A stretch of DNA of 64,000 nucleotides from the NCBI GenBank assembly GCA_963742025.1, contig CAVUKF010000001.1, positions 2,987-66,986 of the forward strand, in the 5' to 3' direction. The position numbers and the translations under genes are program-made. Of this stretch, positions 46,705-56,129 are shown piece after piece (position 1 is the first letter of the stretch; each line of letters starts with the position of its first letter). The notes under the pieces were generated by a model. That model was not told the DNA's origin. It did not search any database and saw nothing but the letters and a program-made list of their open reading frames with translations. Source of the stretch: an uncultured Solirubrobacterales bacterium. GTDB taxonomy: Bacteria > Actinomycetota > Thermoleophilia > Solirubrobacterales > Solirubrobacteraceae.

Positions 46705-49437
46705 GTGCTCTTCGGCCGTGTGCAAGAACGCCTGGAAATCGAGCAGGCGCTGGACATGGCGCGATCGGGTGCCAGTGCGCGCCTCGCGCTGACCGGGGAA
46801 CCCGGGATCGGCAAGACGGCGCTGCTTGACCATGCCGCCGGCTACGCCACCGGGATGCAGGTGCTGCGCGCTCGCGGGATCGAGTCTGAGGCTCAGATCC
46901 CGTTTGCGTCACTGCTGGAACTGCTCCGCCCGGCGCTGGTCATGATCGGAAAGATCCCGCCGCCGCAGGCGGTTGCGCTCGAAGGCGCGCTGGCTCTACG
47001 ACCCGGGCTGGCGCAGGAGCGATTCGCGGTCGGCGCGGCGACGCTCAGCCTACTTGCCGCCTATTCCGAGAAGGCGCCGCTTGCGGTCCTGATCGACGAC
47101 GCTCACTGGCTCGATGCTTCGAGCGCGCAGGCACTGCTGTTCGCCGTCCGCCGGCTGGTGGCCGACCCGATCGCGGCGCTGATCGCGGTTCGCGACGGCG
47201 AGCCGTCGCTGCTCGACGGCGCGGACCTCCCGACGCTCCGGATCGGCGGCCTCAATGGCGACGAGTCGGCACTGCTCCTGCACGAACTGGCGCCCGAGAC
47301 GGTGCGACGACTACACGACGCCACAGCCGGCAACCCGCTCGGAATGCTCGAACTCGCCGGAGACGAAGGCGATCTCGTACTCACTCCCGAAGGGGCACCA
47401 CTGCTCGTGTCGGCGCGGATCTCGCGAGCGTTCCTACGGCGGGTGCACCAGCTGGACGACACCGCCAGGCGTGCGCTGCTGCTCGTCGCGACCAGCGACA
47501 GCGGCGAGCTGGCGACGCTCGAGCGGGCCGCCTTTACACTCGGGATCAACTTCGCGGCGCTGGACGCTGCGGATAACGCCGGCCTGGTGACGCTGGACGC
47601 CGGGTCCGTCGAGTTCCGCCATCCACTCGTCCGCTCAGCGATCTACGCGGATGCGCCCGCCGCGCAGCGACGCGAGATGCATCGCGCACTTGCGGGTGCG
47701 CTGCCGGATCGAGATATCGATCGCCGCGCCTGGCATCTGGCTGCGGCGGCGGTCGGCGTCGACGATTCGGCCTCGGCGGCGCTCGAACAGGCCGGCGCCC
47801 GTGCGCGCGAACGTAGCGCCTACGCGACCGCGTCAGCTGCGTTCGAGCGGGCCGGACGGCTGACAGGCCGCAGCGACCGGAGGGCGCGCCTGCTGCGGGA
47901 GGCGGCCGAGGCAGGATGGCTGGGCGGCCTCGCCGACCGGGCCGTGTCACTGCTCGAGGAGAGTCGAGCGTCCACCGGCGACGAGGGCGAGCTGGTCGAG
48001 ATCGATCAGCTCGCCGGCGAGATCGCGCTGCGGCGCGGGCCGGTGATGCGTGGCCACGAGATCCTCACGAGCGCCGCGGCGCGGGCTGCGCCAGAGCAGG
48101 CGGTGGCGATGCTCGCCGAGGCCGCCGTCGCCTGCTTCTACGCCGGGAACTCGACGGAGATGCTGTCCGTTGCCGAACGAGCACGGGCAACGCTTCGCGC
48201 CGACGCCTCGGTTCGCGATCGCTTTCTGGCCGCCAGCGCAGTCGGCACGGCGCGGATCGTCGGGGGCGACGCAGCCGCGGGAGCGGCAGCGCTCCACGAG
48301 GCGATCTCGCTCGCCGAGTCCTCGGCCGAGCTGCGTGCAGATCTTCGGCTGGGGCCGTGGCTGGCGATCGGCCCGGTGTTCCTCAGAGAGGCAGGCACCG
48401 GGCGCGCGCTGCTCGACCACGCTCTCAGAACCGCCCGCGAGCACGCCGCCGTCGGAGCGCTCCCGTTCATCCTGAACCTGATCGCGAGAGACGAAGCCAC
48501 GACCGATCGCTGGGCGATCGCCGAGGCGACTTACCGTGAGGCGATCGAGCTGGCCCGCGAGGGCGGTCAGCAGACCGCCCTCGTGTTCGCGCTCAGCGGC
48601 CTGGGCTGGCTGCAGGCGCGCCGCGGGCGCGAGCCGGAGTGCCGCGCGTGCATCGCCGAGGCGCTCGAGCTCAGCCACCGCCTCGGCACGAAGCTGCTCG
48701 AAGTCTGGGCCACAGCGGCGCTCGGCGAACTCGAGCTCGGGCTCGGAGACGCCGTGCAGGCCGCCGAGCAGTTCGAGGACCAGCAGCGGCTGCTACGCGA
48801 GCTTCAGATCACCGACCCAGATCTGTCACCTGCGCCGGACCTCGTTGACGCCTATCTGCGGCTGGGGCGCGGCACTCACGCAAAGCTGCTCACGGCCGAG
48901 TTCACGGCCGCGGCACAGTCAAAGGGACAGGCGTGGTCGCTGGCCCGCTCGCTGCGTTGCCGGGCGCTGGTCGCGCCCGACGCCGACGCCTCGAGCCTGT
49001 TCGAGCGGGCGCTGGACCACCACGAACGGACACCCGACGTGTACGAAACCGCACGCACGAGGCTGGCCTACGGCGAGCGGCTTCGCCGAGCGCGTAACCG
49101 CGTGCTGGCCCGCGAGCAGCTCCGAGCCGCGATCGACACGTTCGAACGCCTCGACGCTCGCCCATGGATCGATCGCGCCCGGGCGGAGCTGGCCGCGACG
49201 GGCGTGACAGTCCGCCGAAGAGACCCGAGCACGATCGACGACCTGACGCCGCAGGAGCTGCAGATCGCGATTCTGCTCGCCGGTGGCAGGACGACGCGTG
49301 AAGCCGCGACGGCCCTCTTCCTCAGCCCCAAGACGATCGAGTACCACCTGCGCCACGTCTATCAGAAGCTGGCGATCCACTCCCGCGATGAGCTGGGACG
49401 GACGCTCGCAGCGAGCCGGCCAGGCGGTGGCACTTAG
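46705..49437 (+). CDS. LAL-type LuxR regulator (AAA ATPase + C-terminal HTH)
   Basis: GEPGIGKT, IDDAHWLD, GNPL, FRHPL, LTPQE...LFLSPKTIEYHL; TAGACT -10 six bases before GTG. Confidence 0.93.
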   Translation: MLFGRVQERLEIEQALDMARSGASARLALTGEPGIGKTALLDHAAGYATGMQVLRARGIESEAQIPFASLLELLRPALVMIGKIPPPQAVALEGALALRPGLAQERFAVGAATLSLLAAYSEKAPLAVLIDDAHWLDASSAQALLFAVRRLVADPIAALIAVRDGEPSLLDGADLPTLRIGGLNGDESALLLHELAPETVRRLHDATAGNPLGMLELAGDEGDLVLTPEGAPLLVSARISRAFLRRVHQLDDTARRALLLVATSDSGELATLERAAFTLGINFAALDAADNAGLVTLDAGSVEFRHPLVRSAIYADAPAAQRREMHRALAGALPDRDIDRRAWHLAAAAVGVDDSASAALEQAGARARERSAYATASAAFERAGRLTGRSDRRARLLREAAEAGWLGGLADRAVSLLEESRASTGDEGELVEIDQLAGEIALRRGPVMRGHEILTSAAARAAPEQAVAMLAEAAVACFYAGNSTEMLSVAERARATLRADASVRDRFLAASAVGTARIVGGDAAAGAAALHEAISLAESSAELRADLRLGPWLAIGPVFLREAGTGRALLDHALRTAREHAAVGALPFILNLIARDEATTDRWAIAEATYREAIELAREGGQQTALVFALSGLGWLQARRGREPECRACIAEALELSHRLGTKLLEVWATAALGELELGLGDAVQAAEQFEDQQRLLRELQITDPDLSPAPDLVDAYLRLGRGTHAKLLTAEFTAAAQSKGQAWSLARSLRCRALVAPDADASSLFERALDHHERTPDVYETARTRLAYGERLRRARNRVLAREQLRAAIDTFERLDARPWIDRARAELAATGVTVRRRDPSTIDDLTPQELQIAILLAGGRTTREAATALFLSPKTIEYHLRHVYQKLAIHSRDELGRTLAASRPGGGT

Positions 49438-50387
49438 CGCGCCGCAGGTCTGCGTCGGCAAGCGAGAGCAGCGTCGCCGGGTCGGCGTTCGGCGTCGGGT
49501 AGCTGCCCCAGCCAACCGTGGTCGTCACCGCGGCGTTGGTGGTGGCGGCAACAGCCTCCTGGGCGCGTGTCGCGAGCCGCCTCGCCTGCTCGTCGGTGGT
49601 GTCCGGGGCTAGGATCGAAAACTCGTCGCCCCCCTGGCGGGCAAGCGTGTCCTGCGCCAGACATGCGGTCGAGAGGGCGTGTGCCACCTCGCACAGCACG
49701 CGGTCGCCGATCAGGTGGCCGTAGGTGTCATTGACGTGCTTGAACCCGTCGAGATCGAACAGCAGTACCGTGATCGGTTCCGCAGTACGGGAGTGCCGCG
49801 CGATCTCGTAGTCGAGCCGCTCTGACAGCAGGCGATAGTTGCCGACGCCGGTGAGTGGATCGCGAACAGCCAGTTCCTCCAGCTCCCGCTGGCGAGACTC
49901 AAGCCCCTCGTGCAGCGCGGTCATCATCGCGCCGGTCACGATCAGCAAGAGGATGCCGACAAACACTCGGGCCCCGACTTCGCCGTGGCGCGGGTCCAGG
50001 TTGAACAGCGGAAGACAGGACGCGGCCACGGCGAGCGCTACCTGCGCAGCGATTTCAACTCGGGTACGAAACGTAGGCGGCGAATGCCGCGATGAACACG
50101 TAATAGGTTGCCGCGATGTCGCCGTACGCACCGGCGAACCGCGCTCCCACGGCGACTTCAATCGTCACGACGACCGGGATCACATGCAACCAACGCGCCG
50201 AGAGCCTGTTCCACGGCACTACAACGCACACAACCCCGGAGCAAAGCGCGACCAGGGCGACCAGATCGAACGCGGACGTGGTCGCTGGATCCGTGACGAT
50301 CCGCGTCGCGCCAAGGGCGTGAGCGCCCCAAGCGCGATCACCCATCCGCCGACGCGCCCAACGACACGACGCTGGGCGGCCAGCCAC
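49434..50387 (-). pseudogene. membrane GGDEF diguanylate cyclase, frameshifted/truncated
   Basis: DPLTG.GN, DLDGFK.VND.YGH..GD, RQGGDEF; N-terminal TM part is in another frame (shift near 50070); 3' end runs into luxR. Confidence 0.72.
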
Positions 50388-50397
50388 GGATGCTGTG

Positions 50398-51915
50398 TCA
50401 GTGCTTCCTGACGCTCGTGAACGTGACGCGCTTGGTGAGGATCACGGCGGTGGGACCGGCGACGACGAGCTTGGCAGTCAATCGGCGACGTTCGGCGAGC
50501 AGGCGCTTGCCGGCGTGGTTCAGCGCGAGCGCAACCGTCTTGCTCTGACCCCCGTCGAGTTTGACCGATGCGGTGCTGAGCGCCACCACCTTGTTGGTGC
50601 GCGATGCGCCGGCGCTGACAGCGATCAGCTTGCCGTGCTTCAGAGTCTCGCTGACCGACATCGTCAGCTTGACCGCGCAGCTGTCGGAGTCGGACCCCTT
50701 GCAGCTGACGGGCACGCTTGCGCTTGTGCCTGCGACGGTGATTTTGCCGACCGCCGCCGAGCCGATGCCAGCACCGCCGCCGCCGCCACCACCACCGCCA
50801 CCACCGCCGCCGCCGCCGGTTTCACCGGGCGTGCCGAGCCACACGTCGCCATATGGGTTCACCATCACGCATTCCGAGGCGGACGGACATGCGATCCCGC
50901 CCTGACCGCCGATGCTGGAAGCGGGAACGACCGGGTTCCCCGAGACCGGGTCGAACGTGATCCCGTCGGCTTCGGCACATAGCGTCAACGAAAGGCAGCT
51001 GACCGCCCAGCCAAATCCATTGGACGAATCGAGCGAGATCGGCGTCGGCGACCCCGGCGACTCGGGATTGAACGTCGTCTCGTACAAGGCCCCGCTGAGC
51101 ATGCTCTCGATTGCGGTGCACTGAGACACGGCGGGGCATGTGACCGACGTCGGCTTAATTCCACCTCCGAGGCTGCCGTCGATCGCGACCGGACTCGACA
51201 CCGACGGTGGATTGCTGAAGGGAGCCGTGCCAGGATTGAACGTGATCTCGTTGCCATTACCGTCGACGGCGGTGCACTGGTTGATCGCCGGGCAGGAGAC
51301 GCCATAGAGGTATACCCCGCTGCCGTCGATCGGCATCGGCGCCGGTGTGCCGGGATTGGTCGGATTGAACGTGACCTCCTGGCCCGTCGAGTCGACAGCG
51401 GTGCACTGGTTGTCGGCTGGGCACGAGATCCCGAGCACGCCCCACGCATTTCCCAAAATCAGTGGTGCGTTGTCGATCGTGACCGCCGCCGGATTCCCAG
51501 GACTGGAGGGGTTGAACGTGACCTCCTGCTCGTTGTCGTCGGTCGCGGTGCACTGGGTGCTCGACGGGCACGCCACGTTCTTGAAGAAGTTGCCGGTCGG
51601 ATCCATCGTGTTCCGGGTCGGTGTGCCCGGCGAGGCCGGATTGAACATCTCCTCAAAGCTGCTGGTGATTCCGCCGACAACGACGCACTGGTTCGTCGAC
51701 GGGCATGCGATGTCGCTTAGCGAGCCCTGGTGCTGCAGGACGATCGACCAGGACAACGAACTCGCGCGCGCAGCGCCCGCGCCACCCAACGCCACTGCCA
51801 AAGCCGTCAAGACCGTCAAGACCGCGGAAAGCCGCCGCGCGGAGGCCGATTTCACCCACTGCGGGTCGCGGCGACAACGATCAGCGCCCGCATCCCTGTC
51901 GATCACGAAAATCAC
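50398..51915 (-). CDS. secreted protein with (I/V)(S/A)CPxxxxCxAxD repeats, 15-Gly linker and basic C-terminal domain
   Basis: Signal peptide ending ARA; about 7 Cys-pair repeats; poly-Gly at 50773-50817. Confidence 0.8.
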   Translation of the reverse strand: MIFVIDRDAGADRCRRDPQWVKSASARRLSAVLTVLTALAVALGGAGAARASSLSWSIVLQHQGSLSDIACPSTNQCVVVGGITSSFEEMFNPASPGTPTRNTMDPTGNFFKNVACPSSTQCTATDDNEQEVTFNPSSPGNPAAVTIDNAPLILGNAWGVLGISCPADNQCTAVDSTGQEVTFNPTNPGTPAPMPIDGSGVYLYGVSCPAINQCTAVDGNGNEITFNPGTAPFSNPPSVSSPVAIDGSLGGGIKPTSVTCPAVSQCTAIESMLSGALYETTFNPESPGSPTPISLDSSNGFGWAVSCLSLTLCAEADGITFDPVSGNPVVPASSIGGQGGIACPSASECVMVNPYGDVWLGTPGETGGGGGGGGGGGGGGGAGIGSAAVGKITVAGTSASVPVSCKGSDSDSCAVKLTMSVSETLKHGKLIAVSAGASRTNKVVALSTASVKLDGGQSKTVALALNHAGKRLLAERRRLTAKLVVAGPTAVILTKRVTFTSVRKH

Positions 51916-51995
51916 TCCTCTGCCCTCCCTCTGACTCTCCGGATCCTGTTGCGCGCTGTCGCAACAACAGCGCGCCGACGATGATCACGCGCGGG

Positions 51996-52041
51996 CGTCA
52001 CACCAACGTCACACGCCCGTTCAACGTCACACGGCCGTTCA
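51996..52041. repeat. intergenic CGTCACAC direct repeats / 18-bp tandem duplication
   Basis: CGTCACAC at 51996, 52007 and 52025; CAACGTCACACG(C/G)CCGTT twice. Confidence 0.75.
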
Positions 52042-52108
52042 TCCGCCGGCCATCACTCGCTAGGCTGGATCATGCCCGTGGCCGGCGCCCGCCGTACCGA
52101 CTCAGACC

Positions 52109-53611
52109 GTGTCCGCTGCTGTCCTGCATTCGTGCCCACGCACGCCCAAGCCTGCTCGCGCCGCAATCGGCCTGCTGGTTGCGGTGGCTTTGCTGACGGC
52201 GAGCGTCGGCGCCGCGCGCGCCGGCACCCCCGCGGTCGGCAGCAGCGCCGGTCCACTGTTGTGGACCGCACCTGGCGGGGCCGACGCCCGGCCGATCGAC
52301 AGCATCTCATGCCCGTCGACGTCCCTGTGCGTGGCGGTCGACCGGGGAGGGTACGTTGTCTGGTCAACAGATCCGGCGGGCGGCCCGCTCGCCTGGAATG
52401 CCGCCGACATCGACGGGAGCAGTGAGATCACGAGCATCTCGTGCCCGTCGACTGCGCTCTGCGTGGCGGTCGATGCGGCGGGAAACGTGATCGCGTCGCA
52501 GGACCCGAGCGGCGGGGTGTCCTCGTGGGCTGTGGCTCGGGTCGACACGAGCAAGACGCAGAACAACACCGACAACGCCGGATCGGTGCTGGTACGCGGC
52601 ATCTCGTGCCCGTCGACGACGCTGTGCGTCGCGGTCGACGCGGCGGGGAACTCGCTGGTGTCGACCGACCCGACCGGCGGCGCGTCTGAATGGACGGCGA
52701 CACACGTGGACACCAACTTGAGCTACGGCTGTACCGGCACCGGGCTGACCTGCCAGCCTCCGCTGGTCGGGATCTCTTGCCCGACGGTGGCGCTGTGCGC
52801 GGCTGTCGACTTCTCCGGCAATCTGCTGACCACGACGGATCCCACCGCCGCGCTGCCGTGGACGAGCACGCCGACCGATGGAGGCGGACTCAGCTCGCTC
52901 TTTGGCATCTCGTGCCCGGCGATCGGATTTTGCGCGACTGTCGATGGGGACGCGGGGCGGGCGATCACGCTCGATCCCGCCACGCCGACGTCGCAAGCCT
53001 CGCGCTCGCTGCCGGACTCGCTGTACGGGATCTGGTGCCAGTCTCAGTCGCTGTGTCTGGCATCGGTGCAGACGCAGGGCGGGATCTCGGGGCTGCTCGG
53101 GTCCTTCGACCCGGCGTTGCCGGCCTCCACCTGGACGCTAAGCGGCCTCGGCGGTGTCAACGCGGTCGCATGTCCCTCGGCGTCGCTGTGCCTGGCCGCC
53201 GACGGCGAGGGCAACATCGCCGCCGGCGTGAGCACCAGGGTGATCACCGCCAGGTTGGACGCCGAGCTCCTGTCGTCCCGGCACCTGCCGTCGATCGTCA
53301 CGCTGGACCGGACGCGGCGCGAGAGGTTCCTGTTCACGAGTCCGATCGCGGCGGGGGTGAGCCTCGTCTGGACGGTGACGCCGACCGGCTCGACACCGGT
53401 CACGATCGCCTCCGCGAGCCACAGCTTCAAGACTCCCGGTAGCGCGACGCTCACGCTTCGCCTGACCGCGGCCGGGCGGCTGCTCTTCAAGTCCGCGACC
53501 AAGCGTGTCAGGCTGACGGCCACGGCTACATTCGCGGCCGGTACCGGCTCCGTCTTCTCGGTCAAGCGGCTGACCTTCACGCATCCGCCGAAACGCAGGA
53601 GGCGGACGTAG
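52109..53611 (+). CDS. secreted protein with ISCPSxxLCxAVD repeats and basic C-terminal domain
   Basis: Signal peptide ending ARA; about 7 Cys-pair repeats; start uncertain. Confidence 0.8.
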   Translation: MSAAVLHSCPRTPKPARAAIGLLVAVALLTASVGAARAGTPAVGSSAGPLLWTAPGGADARPIDSISCPSTSLCVAVDRGGYVVWSTDPAGGPLAWNAADIDGSSEITSISCPSTALCVAVDAAGNVIASQDPSGGVSSWAVARVDTSKTQNNTDNAGSVLVRGISCPSTTLCVAVDAAGNSLVSTDPTGGASEWTATHVDTNLSYGCTGTGLTCQPPLVGISCPTVALCAAVDFSGNLLTTTDPTAALPWTSTPTDGGGLSSLFGISCPAIGFCATVDGDAGRAITLDPATPTSQASRSLPDSLYGIWCQSQSLCLASVQTQGGISGLLGSFDPALPASTWTLSGLGGVNAVACPSASLCLAADGEGNIAAGVSTRVITARLDAELLSSRHLPSIVTLDRTRRERFLFTSPIAAGVSLVWTVTPTGSTPVTIASASHSFKTPGSATLTLRLTAAGRLLFKSATKRVRLTATATFAAGTGSVFSVKRLTFTHPPKRRRRT

Positions 53612-53654
53612 CACACGACACCAGGAGCCTGCCAGCCTGCCGCGGTCGGTTTCG

Positions 53655-56054
53655 TCAGAGGTACAGGCCGGTCGGCTTGAGCACCCTGAGTTTCACGCTC
53701 GCGGTGCCGAGCGTGGGATGTTCCGCCTTGACGGTGACAACGCCTGTGCGGTTTCTCTTCGAGCGGATCAGTACGGCTCCGACCCCGCCGTAGATCTCGA
53801 ATGCGAACGGGTTCTGCCCGACGATCACGCCCGGCCCGCTGAGCCCGAGGGTCACGTCACCGGTTACGTACGGGCGCTGGTTGCCATAGGCGTCGAGGGC
53901 GCGAAAGCGCAGGCGGGTGGCGTCGGAGCCGTCGCCGGCGATCGTCGCGTCCTCGAGGTCGAGCACCAGCCTGTCGGTTGAGGTGTCAGCCGACATCTGC
54001 AGCGTGGCGACGTGGCTGCCCCCGGAGTATCCGTAGACGGTGAGCTCAGGAAGCGCCGAGCCGTCGACGGTCAGATCGACCAGCGCCGGGGGATAGGGGA
54101 GGTTGCCGTAGTCGGTGCTGTCCGGCGTCGCGACGCTGAGCAGCTCGCCACCGACATAGACGTAGAGCTGATCGCAGTTGGTCGCGAGGATCGAGCTCGC
54201 CCCGGGCCCGGTGGCCGGAGAGTTTGCGCCGAAGTCCCAGTAGAACGCGGGGATGATCACCGGCTCGACGGATGCGCTCAGCTGCGAGCGGTAGAAGCAG
54301 GCACCCGGCTTCGGCACCCGGAACGTGTCGAGCACCCCCGGCCACTTGAGGTTCTGCCAGATGCGAGCGCCGCCGACGAGCGAGGCCCAGTCGACGGCGG
54401 CCCAGCCGAGGACGCCCGAGTACGCCGGGTTGCCGCGCGCGACCTGGTTGACCTGCGCGTGAAGCCTGGCCTGATCCTGGAGGGTCGCCGACGGGTCGAT
54501 CCAGCGGTACAACGGAGGTCCCGTGACCGCGCCGACAGCCTCGCTGATCAGGTACGGGACACCGGGAACCGGCGGCGCCGGCTCGGCGTTGCCGTTCAAC
54601 GAGCCGTAGTCGTCGTAAGCGAACACGTCCTCGGCCCAGCCCGTCGTCGATTGGGTGTCCATCGCGCCGGTGGTCTGGCGCGTGCCGTCAAGCTCGTAAG
54701 CGAGCTGACGGGCCTCGGCGTAGAGCGTCGGGTAGCTTGCGGTCTCGTCGAGTCGTGTGCCCCAGACGATCACGGAGGGCCGGTTCCGGTCGCGGATCAC
54801 CATGTCGTGCACGTTCTGGAGAAAGATCGCAGCGAAGTTCCCGTCACCGACGTACTGCCAGCCCGGTGGCTCCTCCCAGACCATCAGCCCAAGCTGATCG
54901 CAGGCGTCGAGGAAGTGCGGCGACTGCGGATAGTGCGAGCAGCGGACCATGTTGCAGTTGAGCTCCTCCTTGATCAGCTGCGCGTCTCTGGCCTGAAGCC
55001 GTGCGGGGGCCGCCATCCCCGTGTAGGGGAACAGCTGGTGGCGGTTGAGCCCGAAGATCTGGAATCGCTCGCCGTTGAGGTAGAACCCGTCCAGCTCGAA
55101 GCTGACCTGCCGGAAGCCGGTCGTCACCTCGATGGTGTGCGGGGACACCGTGCTGCTGGCGATCGTGACGCGGGCCGTGTAGAGCGTCGGCGAGCTCGGG
55201 GACCATAAGCGGATCCCGTGCAGGCCGGTGAGCGCCAGGGCGATCACGTTCGTCCCGTGGACGACCCTCTGCTTGATCGTCTTGGTCGTCAGCTTGCGGG
55301 TGCCGTCAAGCAGCTCGACCGTCAGTTCGATGCGGTCGCGCAGGGTGGTGAGCGAGTCGATCGTGACGCTGAGGTCAACGCCCGGGCTCGCGGTGAGGAC
55401 GTTCACGGGCTTGGCGAACACGTCGCTGATGTAGGTGTCCGGCACCACGCGCAGCGTCACGTCCCGGTAGATGCCCGCCGGCTGCAGGTAGTCGACCGCG
55501 CTCGCGCCGTTGGCGTTGCCCAGCGGCGGGACGTCGAGCAGACGGCCGTCGACGACGACACCGAGGTCGTTTTCGCCGGCCCTCAGCAGCTCGGTCAGCT
55601 CGACCGAGAAGGGCAGGAACCCGCCGAGGTGCTCCGCGAGCTCGATTCCGTTCAGGTAAACGGTGGCGTTGGTCATCACCCCGTCGAAGTCGAGGAACAC
55701 GCGGCCGGCCGGCAGCGTCGCGGTCGAGAACCGCTTGCGGTAGATCCACAGCTCTTCCCAGCTCCCCGGGTCCCAGTCGCCCCAGGACAGGCCGACAACG
55801 GTGTGGGGGAGGTTGACGACGCTGAAGACTGCGTCGTTGTAGCCGGGGTTCTGAGACCCGGCCCGATAGACGCCACCGAACCGCCAGCCCTGGTTGAAGT
55901 CGTAGGTTGCAGTGACCGAAGGCGGCGGAAGCCCGTTCGCACGCCTGGTTCTCGCAGCCTGCCCGGGGGAGGCGCCGACCGCGAGCGCCGCGCTGCCGAG
56001 CGCGCCGGCGCGCAGCAGCGTCCGCCGCGTGATGGCGCTGGGGTCGGGGCTCAT
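53655..56054 (-). CDS. Tat-secreted glycoside hydrolase family 2 (beta-galactosidase-like)
   Basis: ITRRTLL Tat motif at ATG 56054; FDGVM, GIYRDV, GLNRHQ, RCSHYP, RDRNRPS.I.WG, ISE nucleophile. Confidence 0.9.
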   Translation of the reverse strand: MSPDPSAITRRTLLRAGALGSAALAVGASPGQAARTRRANGLPPPSVTATYDFNQGWRFGGVYRAGSQNPGYNDAVFSVVNLPHTVVGLSWGDWDPGSWEELWIYRKRFSTATLPAGRVFLDFDGVMTNATVYLNGIELAEHLGGFLPFSVELTELLRAGENDLGVVVDGRLLDVPPLGNANGASAVDYLQPAGIYRDVTLRVVPDTYISDVFAKPVNVLTASPGVDLSVTIDSLTTLRDRIELTVELLDGTRKLTTKTIKQRVVHGTNVIALALTGLHGIRLWSPSSPTLYTARVTIASSTVSPHTIEVTTGFRQVSFELDGFYLNGERFQIFGLNRHQLFPYTGMAAPARLQARDAQLIKEELNCNMVRCSHYPQSPHFLDACDQLGLMVWEEPPGWQYVGDGNFAAIFLQNVHDMVIRDRNRPSVIVWGTRLDETASYPTLYAEARQLAYELDGTRQTTGAMDTQSTTGWAEDVFAYDDYGSLNGNAEPAPPVPGVPYLISEAVGAVTGPPLYRWIDPSATLQDQARLHAQVNQVARGNPAYSGVLGWAAVDWASLVGGARIWQNLKWPGVLDTFRVPKPGACFYRSQLSASVEPVIIPAFYWDFGANSPATGPGASSILATNCDQLYVYVGGELLSVATPDSTDYGNLPYPPALVDLTVDGSALPELTVYGYSGGSHVATLQMSADTSTDRLVLDLEDATIAGDGSDATRLRFRALDAYGNQRPYVTGDVTLGLSGPGVIVGQNPFAFEIYGGVGAVLIRSKRNRTGVVTVKAEHPTLGTASVKLRVLKPTGLYL

Positions 56055-56129
56055 CCGCAGCTCGACGCTAGCGCATCCGGACGGCGATCGGACCGAAGGT
56101 CGCGACTTTCGGCTAGGTTGCCTCGCGGG

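Noticed and set aside
52072-52425. 117-aa ORF starting right after a TAGGCT -10
   Set aside because: Overlaps the repeat gene out of frame and is Arg-rich; at most it hints at an indel in that gene's 5' end.
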